64,000 bases of DNA from IMG/VR virus record IMGVR_UViG_3300007171_000012; one strand, 5' to 3'. The position numbers and the translations under genes are program-made. The DNA is from an uncultured virus (IMG/VR IMGVR_UViG_3300007171_000012). Its lineage: Duplodnaviria; Heunggongvirae; Uroviricota; Caudoviricetes. How positions within the stretch are numbered: position 1 is the stretch's first letter; each line of letters begins with the position of its first letter. Shown piece by piece: positions 17,078 to 26,625 of the stretch. The notes under the pieces were generated by a model. The model had not been told where the DNA came from and ran no database searches. It was given only the letters and a program-made list of their open reading frames with translations.

Positions 17078-17251
17078 TTATTTCGCCAATTTGATTTCGG
17101 TGATCGTGTAGTCAACGCCCTCGATGTAGTAGGGCCACGCGCTTTTCATTTCTTTTTCTGCGGCCTCGATGCTCCAACGGATGCCGCGAGCAGCGATTTC
17201 GAGGACGAGAGGCTTCGAATCGTTCTTGAAGAGAATGGTGACGAGATACAT
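17078..17251 (-). CDS. small hypothetical protein
   Basis: MYLVTILFKN...; TTGCAA-N17-TACTCT promoter. Confidence 0.6.
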   Translation of the reverse strand: MYLVTILFKNDSKPLVLEIAARGIRWSIEAAEKEMKSAWPYYIEGVDYTITEIKLAK

Positions 17252-17321
17252 GGCGGAAGAGGTGGTGCTGCTCACGGGGAAAGAGTAATGCAGGGGTTGA
17301 ATCTTTGCAAGCTTTTTTTAC

Positions 17322-17639
17322 TTACTTTTCGACAATTTCGAAAACGGTCGTCTTGTATTCGCGCACCGTGCAGAAAGTTTTCGTTGTGATTTGATTCCAA
17401 GGAATCACATTTTCCACAACCGCACCATAGTTGCAGTATTGAGCAAGTCCATGTGCAGTGGGAATGCCCGTGACTTCATCGCCCACGGCATAGGTTTTGA
17501 CTTGGCCGTAACCATAGTCGCGTGTGAACTCTACGTTTGCAAAGTATTTGGTTTCGTATTTTTCAGTGGCTTTGCCAGCGGTTTCAAGAGCGATAGCTTC
17601 GAACTGTGGCTTGATGCGGGGCAGGATGGTCGGCGTCAT
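17322..17639 (-). CDS. hypothetical protein, first gene of the leftward array
   Basis: MTPTILPRIKPQFE...; TTGCTT-N17-TACTCT promoter. Confidence 0.65.
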   Translation of the reverse strand: MTPTILPRIKPQFEAIALETAGKATEKYETKYFANVEFTRDYGYGQVKTYAVGDEVTGIPTAHGLAQYCNYGAVVENVIPWNQITTKTFCTVREYKTTVFEIVEK

Positions 17640-17974
17640 GTGGTGGTGGTGGTGGTGAACAGGGACAGAGTAACCTAGTAAGCTGATGAAAGCAAGAACT
17701 CTTTTGCATTTTCTGAGAAAAAAATGAAGAAAGTTTGTTGTTTTATGCTTGACAAGTGACCCCTCCCCCCATTTCTCAGAAAAAATCAAGGGTTGAGTGT
17801 TTAAGAAACCGAGGGGGGACACTAATCTAAATCTCTAAATCTCATTTCAGTAAACACATACATCTGGGGGCCAGCCCCCTCCCCCCCCTATTATCCGAAA
17901 CGTTTTGCATTCTCTATAAAATTACCCCAAAACCATCTGAAAAAAAATCCCAGCCCCCTTTTTTGCAAAACCTT

Positions 17975-17983
17975 GTGTAAATA
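17975..17983 (+). promoter_or_regulatory. putative phage late promoter GTGTAAATA
   Basis: 5 nt before the ATG; the motif recurs at 18818, 19557, 24586, 31081, 37897, 54301, 57017 (+) and 4155, 6548, 35817 (-). Confidence 0.7.
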
Positions 17984-17988
17984 AAAAG

Positions 17989-18810
17989 ATGTCAGTCATA
18001 ACATACCAAAACATCCCAGTGATAGCTTCTTCTCCTCGCGGCAACTTTTATTACGCTGCGGCAACCAATGCAACCATCAGCGCACAAAACAGATTAGAAG
18101 CGTCACGCATTCTGGCCCCAAACCAAAACAACAACTATCGTATTGGCGGCGAACTCAATTCCAAGATCAGCATAACATTCGCGGCAGTGAATAAATCAAA
18201 AGGGTCAGACACTTGGAACTTTGCATCTGGAGTGTTAAACGATCTTACAGGACAATCTGGCACCAACATTATCATTGGCGGCAACACTTTTAGTGGGTGC
18301 TATTTGGAAAGTGTGTCTCTTGACATTGCCCCGTTTTCTCCAGTAATGGTCAGCGCAGATTTTACTTGTTTAAATCCTCCAACAGGCACCGCATTTAGTG
18401 GATCGGGCGTGGGCTTCACAGACAACTTGACTGACAGCATTGCTTATGGTTTTTATACTGTGATTACCAACGGCACAACATTTTCAGATGCAAACCGTGA
18501 AAGTATTTCATACAAAATCAATTGCGACCGCAGCTACACAACCAGCATTGGCCGCACCAGCCCCAACAATGCATTCTTGAATGGCGTCGAAAAAGAATTA
18601 AACATCAAATGCCACAATATCGGCGCGTATATTAATTATAGTGGATACGGCGGCATTATTAATATTGACCCGAAAAACATTAGCGGGCAATCTATCGTAA
18701 GTGGTGGGTTTGGAATGTCCGCAAATTGCAAATTAGTTTCGCAGAATATATCTGTTCAAGAGGGCGATGTTTTAATGGCAGATATTTCATTAAGAGAAGT
18801 CGTTTTGTAA
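17989..18810 (+). CDS. putative virion protein (tail-tube-like paralogue)
   Basis: Beta-rich, S/T/G/N-rich; GCYLESVSLDIAPFSPV resembles the motif in the tube genes. Confidence 0.5.
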   Translation: MSVITYQNIPVIASSPRGNFYYAAATNATISAQNRLEASRILAPNQNNNYRIGGELNSKISITFAAVNKSKGSDTWNFASGVLNDLTGQSGTNIIIGGNTFSGCYLESVSLDIAPFSPVMVSADFTCLNPPTGTAFSGSGVGFTDNLTDSIAYGFYTVITNGTTFSDANRESISYKINCDRSYTTSIGRTSPNNAFLNGVEKELNIKCHNIGAYINYSGYGGIINIDPKNISGQSIVSGGFGMSANCKLVSQNISVQEGDVLMADISLREVVL

Positions 18811-18833
18811 TTTTCGCGTGTAAATAAATATGA

Positions 18834-19562
18834 ATGGCTAAAAAAAAGCTCGACAAGTCGGGTTCTTTTGAGTTGCATCCTCAACTAGAACATAAAATCA
18901 GAACTAAAGCAAAAAAGTTCAGATTCACTTCGAAACAAGTTCAGTTTCTGGACTTGCTTCTTGACCCCCAGAATTCAGTAATCTTTGTTTCTGGGCCAGC
19001 GGGGACATCCAAAACATACATGTCTCTTTATGCGGCAATTCAATTGATGGCCGCAGATAAAGACAAAGAACTACTGTATGTTCGCAGTATTATTGAAAGT
19101 GCTGAAAAAGGATTAGGCAGTCTTCCAGGTGATATTTCCGAAAAATTTGATCCATTCTTGATGCCGCTATACGATAAGCTGGAAGAAATCGTTCAACCGC
19201 AAGATGTTGTCTGGTTAAAGTCAGAAGGCAAAATTGGTGCGCTTCCTGTTAACTTTTTACGTGGCGCAAACTGGGTCAATAAGATTGTTGTGGCAGATGA
19301 GTGCCAAAATTTCACCTTTAAAGAAATCACAACACTTATCACTCGCGTAGGCGAAGGTTCTAAGCTTATTATTTGCGGCGACTTTATGCAAAGTGATATT
19401 GGCAATAAAAGTGGTTTCAAGCCAATCTTTAATTTGTTTAATGATCAAGAAAGTAAAGATAACGGCGTTCAAACATTCTCGTTTACTCACGACGATATTG
19501 TAAGAAGCGGAATTCTGAAGTTTTTGATTACTAAATTAGAAAATTATCAAGCATCAGTGTAA
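18834..19562 (+). CDS. phoH: PhoH-family ATPase
   Basis: GPAGTSKT, LGSLPG, FLRG, VADECQN, ITRVGEGSK, GDFMQSD, DIVRS. Confidence 0.95.
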   Translation: MAKKKLDKSGSFELHPQLEHKIRTKAKKFRFTSKQVQFLDLLLDPQNSVIFVSGPAGTSKTYMSLYAAIQLMAADKDKELLYVRSIIESAEKGLGSLPGDISEKFDPFLMPLYDKLEEIVQPQDVVWLKSEGKIGALPVNFLRGANWVNKIVVADECQNFTFKEITTLITRVGEGSKLIICGDFMQSDIGNKSGFKPIFNLFNDQESKDNGVQTFSFTHDDIVRSGILKFLITKLENYQASV

Positions 19563-19683
19563 ATACAAGAGACAAGACTCCGCAACGCACGCAGCGAAAT
19601 GCAAATTTCTATACGGTGGCAGTCTTGTCTTTTCGTGCTTAAAAATAACTTGAAAAAAATAATAAAAATAGCATCATAATTAT

Positions 19684-20049
19684 ATGAATACTATTTTTTG
19701 CTCTCAATGCGGAGCTAAACATACTTATACTTACGCCAAGCCTAAGTTTTGTTCTGGTTGCGGAACTAGTTTGGGGCCAGAGTTAAAGAAAACTATTGCC
19801 ACATCTAAACCAAGCGTCAATGATGAATATGATGATGTAGAAGATGACGAAGATAGTGAATATTCCAACTCGTCTTATGTTCCACAGCTCCGAAAGCTGG
19901 ATATTGAGATTGAAAAATATTCTGAATCCAATTCTTTCACCTTGGGTTCTATTTTTGGCCAAACAGATAGTCATCCTACACAACCAAGACGCCGCACATC
20001 ACAATCTTTGGGCGACTTTGTAAATGATAAACCTCGCCGTGGAGAATAA
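19684..20049 (+). CDS. zinc-ribbon protein
   Basis: FCSQCG...KFCSGCG followed by an acidic tract. Confidence 0.75.
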   Translation: MNTIFCSQCGAKHTYTYAKPKFCSGCGTSLGPELKKTIATSKPSVNDEYDDVEDDEDSEYSNSSYVPQLRKLDIEIEKYSESNSFTLGSIFGQTDSHPTQPRRRTSQSLGDFVNDKPRRGE

Positions 20050-20725
20050 ATCTAAAACATACGAAGAGTGCTATGAAACGATTGACTCAGTAATTAAAAA
20101 GTTCCAAAAAAAATGGCAACTAAAAGCAATTAACTGGTTTGATTTTGAAGATGTTTCACAACATATTAAATTGCATATATTCAACAAGTGGTCTTTATGG
20201 GATCAAAGTCGTCCTCTTGAGCCTTGGGTTGCGCGAGTTGCATCGCATCAGATAAGAAATATTATCCGCAATAATTACACAAATTATGTAAAACCATGTA
20301 TGCAATGCAAATATAATATGGGCGACAATATTTGTGCGTTTACTAGGAGTGGCACACAAAACACAACATGTCCTCAATATGCTAAATGGTCCAAACAAAA
20401 GAAATCGGGGTATGGTATCAAATTGCCCCTTCCTATGGAAAACCACAGTAAAGAAATAGACGCATGCGAAGATACTTCCATAAATTTCAATGATTCAATT
20501 AAAAGACTAAACGAATTATTAAAAGAATCATTATCTGAGACGCACTATCAAGTCTATACCATGTTGTTTTTTGAACACAAAACCGAAGATGAAGTTGCTA
20601 AGTTTATGGGTTACAAAACAAATGAAAAAAATCGAGCCGCAGGTTATAAACAAATAAAAAACTTAAAAAAAATGTTAAAAGCTAAAGCTCAAAAAATAAT
20701 AAATGAAAATGACATTTTACTATGA
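20024..20725 (+). CDS. sigma-factor-like protein with Cys insertion
   Basis: DFEDVSQ...KWSLWDQSRPLEPWVARVASHQIRN (region 2-like) and a C-terminal HTH (EDEVAKFMG). Confidence 0.7.
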   Translation: MINLAVENKSKTYEECYETIDSVIKKFQKKWQLKAINWFDFEDVSQHIKLHIFNKWSLWDQSRPLEPWVARVASHQIRNIIRNNYTNYVKPCMQCKYNMGDNICAFTRSGTQNTTCPQYAKWSKQKKSGYGIKLPLPMENHSKEIDACEDTSINFNDSIKRLNELLKESLSETHYQVYTMLFFEHKTEDEVAKFMGYKTNEKNRAAGYKQIKNLKKMLKAKAQKIINENDILL

Positions 20726-21774
20726 ATTTAACTGAGCAACAAAAACAAGCAATTCAATCTTCTTATAAAAAGACCTCAGATTTAAATGAGATTACTAGAA
20801 TAGTTTTTGAAAATCCAAATATAGATGGTCGCAGCAAAGAAGGTCGCCTTGTGCGATCTTATATGATCGAAACAGGTTTAAAATTCAAGACAGCGCGACG
20901 AGTAAAACAAGAAGGAATTCAATTTTCTAAAGAGCAAGAGCAGTTTATCATTGATCAAGCAAATACAGGCTTGTCATCATTAGCAATTGCCGAATTGCTT
21001 TTCCCAGATAAAGAAGTAAAACCTCTTTCGCTGGAACAGCGAGCGGTTCACAGCATTATTAAAGAAATAAACCCAGATTATTCTCCGTCGCAAGACAGCG
21101 ATGTTGGTTTAAGCAGTTATGTAGCGCCGAAATCGACGGGCCGAATCATCAAAAAGATCAACGATGCAACTGGTAATGAATTGTTGGAAGAAAAGATCAA
21201 TAGACAACATAAAATCTGCGTAGATCGTTTGGGCGTCAATTTGAATAACTCACGATTCTTGAAGATCGTAAATAATTATACTTCGAAAGAAGATAGAGAA
21301 TTATTCGAACAAGAATTTATTCGATTAACTTGGGATAAGCCTGATTTAACTGCCGACGAAATAAATCTTTACATGAACGTATGCAAAGAAATTGTTAATC
21401 TTGAAGTAGTTAGCAAGCACTTAAACAAGTTGAATGATATGTTTGATGTAGCGAATGATCAAGAAGAAATGAGCGTTCGATTAGCGGAAATTATTAAGGC
21501 TAAAAGTTCGGAATATCATCAATGCGAAACTCGTATTGAAAACCTTACGAAAAAATTGCAAGGTGATCGTGCTACACGAATGCAGAATAAACAAAAAGAA
21601 AATGCTTCTTTGTTATCTTTGGTTCAATATTTTCAAGACGAAGAGGAAAGAGCTAATATGGTCAAAATTGCAGAAATGCAGAAAGCGTTGGTCAAAGAAG
21701 AAGCGCATAGATTGGAAGGAATGGCCGAGTGGAAAGCTCGTATTTTAGGTATTTCTCAAGAAGATGTCATTTAA
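20722..21774 (+). CDS. hypothetical helical protein (possible terminase small subunit)
   Basis: HTH-like N-terminus, coiled-coil C-terminus, lies upstream of the terminase large subunit. Confidence 0.4.
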   Translation: MNLTEQQKQAIQSSYKKTSDLNEITRIVFENPNIDGRSKEGRLVRSYMIETGLKFKTARRVKQEGIQFSKEQEQFIIDQANTGLSSLAIAELLFPDKEVKPLSLEQRAVHSIIKEINPDYSPSQDSDVGLSSYVAPKSTGRIIKKINDATGNELLEEKINRQHKICVDRLGVNLNNSRFLKIVNNYTSKEDRELFEQEFIRLTWDKPDLTADEINLYMNVCKEIVNLEVVSKHLNKLNDMFDVANDQEEMSVRLAEIIKAKSSEYHQCETRIENLTKKLQGDRATRMQNKQKENASLLSLVQYFQDEEERANMVKIAEMQKALVKEEAHRLEGMAEWKARILGISQEDVI

Positions 21775-22702
21775 GTGTAAAGAATGTGATCAAGAATTTG
21801 AATCACTAAAAAGCCTTCATGCTCATATCAAAAAGCACAATTTGATATTGGGAGATTATTATGTTAAACATTTCCAAAGAAGAAACAAGCTCAATGGCAA
21901 TCTTTTACAATTCAAAAACTACGAGGACTACTTTGATAAAGATTTTACTAACAGAAGCCAAATGATCGAGTGGTGCAAAACCGCAGATAAGTCACAAGTC
22001 AAAGAATATATCCTTGATTGCTTAAAAAAGAGAATCCAAAAAAAGAAATTAAAATATGCGCCAAACACTATCGAACTTTTCACTGCTGATTTACCGCCCA
22101 TGCCTCTGTATAAACAATTATTTGGAAGCTATTCAGAGGCGTGTAAGCTTTGTGATTCGGAACCTATGTTTAAATCTTCTTTGCCCAAAGAGTTTCACAA
22201 TGATTTTAGAGATTCTAAGATTTATATAGACACTAGAGAACAACAACCATTAACATTTAAAAATTCTAAGTCGTTAAAATTAGACGTAGGAGATTATGCT
22301 GTTAATGGAGATGACTATGATTATACTTATGTAGATAGAAAGTCGTTTGCCGATTTCTGCTCGACTATGACTGTTGGCTTTAATAGATTTGCTAAGGAAT
22401 TAGAAAGATGCCGAAGCTTAGGATGTTATTTGTTTATTGTTATCGAATGCGATCTGTATAAGATGGCCAAGCTGAATGCTTTTTCTCCTAAAAGATACAA
22501 TCTAAGCTATGTATTCCATAATATGAAAGAGCTACAGCATGAGTATCGTGATTGTTGTCAGTTTGTATTTAGCGGCAGCAGAAGCAATAGCGTATTGTTA
22601 ATCCCTAAACTGTTGATTTGTGGTCAAAAGCTTTGGAATACCGATATTCAGTATTTCTTAGATGAGGGAGTAATGGATTATTACGAAAGGAGTAAAAAAT
22701 GA
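21764..22702 (+). CDS. C2H2 zinc finger + ERCC4/XPF-like nuclease
   Basis: CKECDQEFESLKSLHAHIKKH; IDTREQQPL, LDVGDY, VDRKSFADF, FAKELER, IVIE. Confidence 0.8.
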   Translation: MSFKCKECDQEFESLKSLHAHIKKHNLILGDYYVKHFQRRNKLNGNLLQFKNYEDYFDKDFTNRSQMIEWCKTADKSQVKEYILDCLKKRIQKKKLKYAPNTIELFTADLPPMPLYKQLFGSYSEACKLCDSEPMFKSSLPKEFHNDFRDSKIYIDTREQQPLTFKNSKSLKLDVGDYAVNGDDYDYTYVDRKSFADFCSTMTVGFNRFAKELERCRSLGCYLFIVIECDLYKMAKLNAFSPKRYNLSYVFHNMKELQHEYRDCCQFVFSGSRSNSVLLIPKLLICGQKLWNTDIQYFLDEGVMDYYERSKK

Positions 22703-24558
22703 GTTGGGAAACTGGTTATCAAACACTGCATAAAAAATTTAAAAATATCAATGAGGAAATCTTAGAAACAAAAGGGTTCTTAGAAGAGAAGAAGGCTAAA
22801 TTATTGCTTTATAAATTCCTGCGAGAAAATCCTTCTTTCGCTTGTGAATTGATGACAGGCGTTAGTTTGTTCCCATTCCAACATATGGCTATTAAAGCTA
22901 TGATGGAAACTGATTACTTCTTGGGAATCTGGAGTCGTGGTCTTTCCAAATCATTCACAACAGGAGTATTTGCGGCATTAGATGCTATTTTAAATCAAGG
23001 AGTTCAGATTGGTATTATCTCTAAGTCTTTTCGCCAGAGTCGAATGATTTTCAACAAGATCGAGGAAATTTCAAAGAGTCCGAAAGCTGGATTTCTCGCT
23101 CAGTGTATAACAAAAGTATCAAAGAGCAATGACCAGTGGGTTATGGAAATTGGCAGAAGCAAAATCATAGCTCTTCCATTAGGCGACGGTGAAAAACTTC
23201 GTGGTTTTCGTTTTCAACGAATGATTATTGACGAGCTTTTGCTTATGCCAGAAAAGATTGTGAATGAAGTTATTCTTCCGTTCCTTGCAGTTGTTGAAAA
23301 TCCAACCGAACGTCAAAAAATTTATGATCTTGAAACTAAGATGATTGAAGAAGGCAAGATGACGGAAGAAGAAAGGCATAAATGGCCCCATAACAAAATT
23401 ATTGGTCTTTCTTCTGCTTCTTATAAATTCGAATATCTTTATAAGCTCTATAAGCAATACGAAGATCTTATTATGCATCCTGACAAACAAGACAATGCTC
23501 ATCGAGTAATCATGCATTTAAGTTACGATTGCGCTCCACAACAATTGTATGATCAAAACCTTTTGGATCAGTCAAAAGCAACAATGAGCCAAGCTCAGTT
23601 CGAAAGAGAATTCGGCTCTGTATTCACCGACGACAGCTCTGGATACTTCAAAGTGAGCAAGATGGCCGCTTGCACTATACCAGACGGTGAAGGGCAGTCT
23701 GTGCAGGTCGTAGGCGATCCTAAAGCCAAATACATCATATCATTTGACCCGTCTTGGTCTGAAAGCGATGGATCAGATGATTTCTCTATGCATGTGATTA
23801 AATTGAACGAGGGAAAACAAACAGGGACAATCGTTCATTCTTATGCTTTGGCAGGTGCGAATTTGAAAAAGCATATTCATTATTTCTTTTATCTATTGAA
23901 TCATTTCAATGTTGTAGGTATCGTTGGAGACTATAACGGCGGCGTTCAATTTCTTAATTCTTGCAATGAGAGCGAGTTATTTAAAAAAGCTGGTATTAAA
24001 ATTGATTGCTTTGATGCTGATTTTGACAATCCACAAGAATATGCTACAGCATTACGCGATGCTCGTAATCAGTATAATTTAGAAACAAGAAAAATAGCCT
24101 TTTTGCGTAAACCTAGTTCTTATTGGATTCGATATGCAAACGAAATGTTACAAGCAGCATTTGATCATAAAAAAATCTGGTTTGCTGGAGCGGCATTGGA
24201 TGATGATTATACTCGACAAAAAATGGCGTCAATACCTATCGAAGAAATAACATTCTCTAAATCAGACGATGAAAAAGATGCTTCTGCCAAACAGATTGAT
24301 TTTATCGAACATATTAAAGATATGGTTGATATGATTAAAGTTCAATGCGCCTTGATTCAAGTTTCATCTACAGCTAATGGAACTCAAACATTTGATCTTC
24401 CACCAAACTTAAAGAAACAGAGAAATGCTGATAAAGCAAGAAAAGACTCTTATTCTGCTCTTGTTTTGGGCAACTGGATGATGAATATTTATTATGACAT
24501 GATGGCTGCTCCTGTGAATGATGCGCCCTCTACATTTACTCCAATGTTTGTTTGTTAA
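22699..24558 (+). CDS. terL: terminase large subunit
   Basis: LFPFQ, Walker A SRGLSKS, LRGFR, Walker B IIDE, FEREF, RNase H-like SFDP...KDSYSAL. Confidence 0.9.
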   Translation: MSWETGYQTLHKKFKNINEEILETKGFLEEKKAKLLLYKFLRENPSFACELMTGVSLFPFQHMAIKAMMETDYFLGIWSRGLSKSFTTGVFAALDAILNQGVQIGIISKSFRQSRMIFNKIEEISKSPKAGFLAQCITKVSKSNDQWVMEIGRSKIIALPLGDGEKLRGFRFQRMIIDELLLMPEKIVNEVILPFLAVVENPTERQKIYDLETKMIEEGKMTEEERHKWPHNKIIGLSSASYKFEYLYKLYKQYEDLIMHPDKQDNAHRVIMHLSYDCAPQQLYDQNLLDQSKATMSQAQFEREFGSVFTDDSSGYFKVSKMAACTIPDGEGQSVQVVGDPKAKYIISFDPSWSESDGSDDFSMHVIKLNEGKQTGTIVHSYALAGANLKKHIHYFFYLLNHFNVVGIVGDYNGGVQFLNSCNESELFKKAGIKIDCFDADFDNPQEYATALRDARNQYNLETRKIAFLRKPSSYWIRYANEMLQAAFDHKKIWFAGAALDDDYTRQKMASIPIEEITFSKSDDEKDASAKQIDFIEHIKDMVDMIKVQCALIQVSSTANGTQTFDLPPNLKKQRNADKARKDSYSALVLGNWMMNIYYDMMAAPVNDAPSTFTPMFVC

Positions 24559-24600
24559 CTTTTAAAGTTAACTTTGGGACTTTTTGTGTAATATATATAA

Positions 24601-26625
24601 ATGGAATCTGGCAAGCGTAAATATAATAAAAAATCGGAATATTGGACTAAGTTCGAAAAACAAGAGCAACCAATTGCGGCAAAACCAATCAATCTACTTG
24701 AAAGCCTTGCTTCTTGTGAACCAGAACTTTGCGGCGAGCCTTTTTATGTTTCACAATCGTCTGTGAATGTTTCGACTGCCAGCGATTATTCTAGAACTGA
24801 TAGTTCAATTGAAAGAAGTGGCGCAAGAAAAAATAGGGCCGCAGTATCAAGAACTGTAGATCGTTTTGGAAGTATTAGAAACGGTCTTTTGCCATATAGT
24901 TTTGCCGTTGACGGAGTTAATGTCCGAGAAGCTATCGAGCTTTGTCAAAAAGCTTATGCTAACGTAGCTATTTTTAGAAATGCTATTGATATTATGTCTG
25001 AATTTGCTAATACGGATATTTATCTTGAAGGAGGATCGCAAAAAAGCAGAGACTTTTTTTACGAATGGTTTAAAAAAATTAAAATCTGGAATATAAAAGA
25101 TCAATATTTCAGAGAATATTATCGAAGCGGAAATATCTTTCTTTACCGTATTGATGGCAAATTTAAGCTTGATGATTTCGCTCAATTAAGCAATAGAATT
25201 GGTAGCGGCACTGGAGCTAAAAATGAAATACCAATTCGTTATATTATGCTTAACCCTTTTGATGTAGTAGCAAAAAGAAGCTCTAGTTTTGCTGTTGGCT
25301 TATACGAAAAAATTCTTTCTCAATATGAATTATCTCGTTTGCAAAATCCTTCAAATGATGATGATAGAGAGATTTTCAGAAATCTTCCTAAGCAAGTAAG
25401 AGATGACATTGAAAGAGGAGCTTATTATAAGAATGGATTGAAGATTCAACTCGATCCTGAAAAACTATGTTTCTCATTTTATAAAAAACAAGATTACGAG
25501 CCGTTTGCGGTTCCTTTTGGTTATCCAGTATTAGAGGATATTAATACCAAGATGGAATTAAAGAAAATGGATCATGCTATTACTAGAACCGTTGAAAACG
25601 TTATTCTATTAATCACTATGGGTGCCGAACCAGACAAAGGAGGTATCAATCAAAACAATGTGAAGGCAATGCAAACACTATTCAAGAATGAAAGTGTTGG
25701 CCGCGTTCTTGTTTCTGATTATACCACAAAAGCTCAGTTCGTTATTCCCGATCTAAACAAAGTATTGGGATCGGAAAAATATAAAGTTCTCAATGAAGAT
25801 ATTAAGCAAGGTCTTCAAAATATTGTTATTGGCGAGGAAAAATATAGCGCGACAGAAGTTAAAGCCCAAATCTTTGTAGATAGATTAAAAGAATCTAGAA
25901 ATGCATTCTTGAATGATTTCTTGCAAGTAGAAATCAAAAGAATTGCAAAAGCTATTGGTTTAAAAAATTATCCAATCGCTAGATTCAGAGATATTGATAT
26001 TAGAGATCAGACTCAACTTATGCGAGTTACAACTCGACTTATGGAACTTGGCGTTCTTACTCCTCAACAAGGTATGGACATGTTCCACACTGGAGAATTC
26101 CCAAAATCAGAAGAAATTGCTCCTGCTCAAGAAGAATTCATCAAAAATAGAAAGAGTGGATATTATAACCCTATCGTTGGTGGAGTTCCAAGTATTCCGC
26201 CTCCAAAAGATCCTAATGCTGCGAAGCCAGCAATCAATCAAACTAACAAAGTTGCAGGTCGTCCGCAAGGAACAACAGGAATTCCCGTTGTGAAAGCTAA
26301 TTTCTCCGTCAAAAACGTTCAACAAGTTGTTAAGAAAATTGAAGAGACAAGAGGTTCTATTGAACAAGAATTGAAGCTAAAATTCAATACAGAAAAATTC
26401 AATGATCAGCAGATTCAAATGATCGACAAATTGTGCGAAGCAATTGTTGTTTCACAAGATATAAAAACTTGGGAAGCAACAGCCAATTCTTGTGTAAAGA
26501 ATTTTGAAGAAATTTCTTCATTGGCTACTATGCCAGAAGTTTTGTCTATTGCGGCTGAACATGAGTTAGAGGACGATTATTCCGCAGCTTTATTATACCA
26601 TTCTCAAAAAATAAATGAAAATTAA
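24601..26625 (+). CDS. portal protein
   Basis: Follows terL; 674 aa; FRNAIDIMSEF, EYYRSGN, PFAVP. Confidence 0.8.
   Translation: MESGKRKYNKKSEYWTKFEKQEQPIAAKPINLLESLASCEPELCGEPFYVSQSSVNVSTASDYSRTDSSIERSGARKNRAAVSRTVDRFGSIRNGLLPYSFAVDGVNVREAIELCQKAYANVAIFRNAIDIMSEFANTDIYLEGGSQKSRDFFYEWFKKIKIWNIKDQYFREYYRSGNIFLYRIDGKFKLDDFAQLSNRIGSGTGAKNEIPIRYIMLNPFDVVAKRSSSFAVGLYEKILSQYELSRLQNPSNDDDREIFRNLPKQVRDDIERGAYYKNGLKIQLDPEKLCFSFYKKQDYEPFAVPFGYPVLEDINTKMELKKMDHAITRTVENVILLITMGAEPDKGGINQNNVKAMQTLFKNESVGRVLVSDYTTKAQFVIPDLNKVLGSEKYKVLNEDIKQGLQNIVIGEEKYSATEVKAQIFVDRLKESRNAFLNDFLQVEIKRIAKAIGLKNYPIARFRDIDIRDQTQLMRVTTRLMELGVLTPQQGMDMFHTGEFPKSEEIAPAQEEFIKNRKSGYYNPIVGGVPSIPPPKDPNAAKPAINQTNKVAGRPQGTTGIPVVKANFSVKNVQQVVKKIEETRGSIEQELKLKFNTEKFNDQQIQMIDKLCEAIVVSQDIKTWEATANSCVKNFEEISSLATMPEVLSIAAEHELEDDYSAALLYHSQKINEN

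Noticed and set aside
17640..17660. HHHHHH tract in the 17322-17822 ORF
   Set aside because: It lies between the predicted promoter and the likely ATG (17639), so it is a CAC-rich leader rather than coding sequence.
9305..17678. Long + strand ORFs across the array (e.g. 9982-10881, 11156-11920, 15328-15897)
   Set aside because: Antisense shadows of GC-rich minus-strand genes; several run through the repeat elements.
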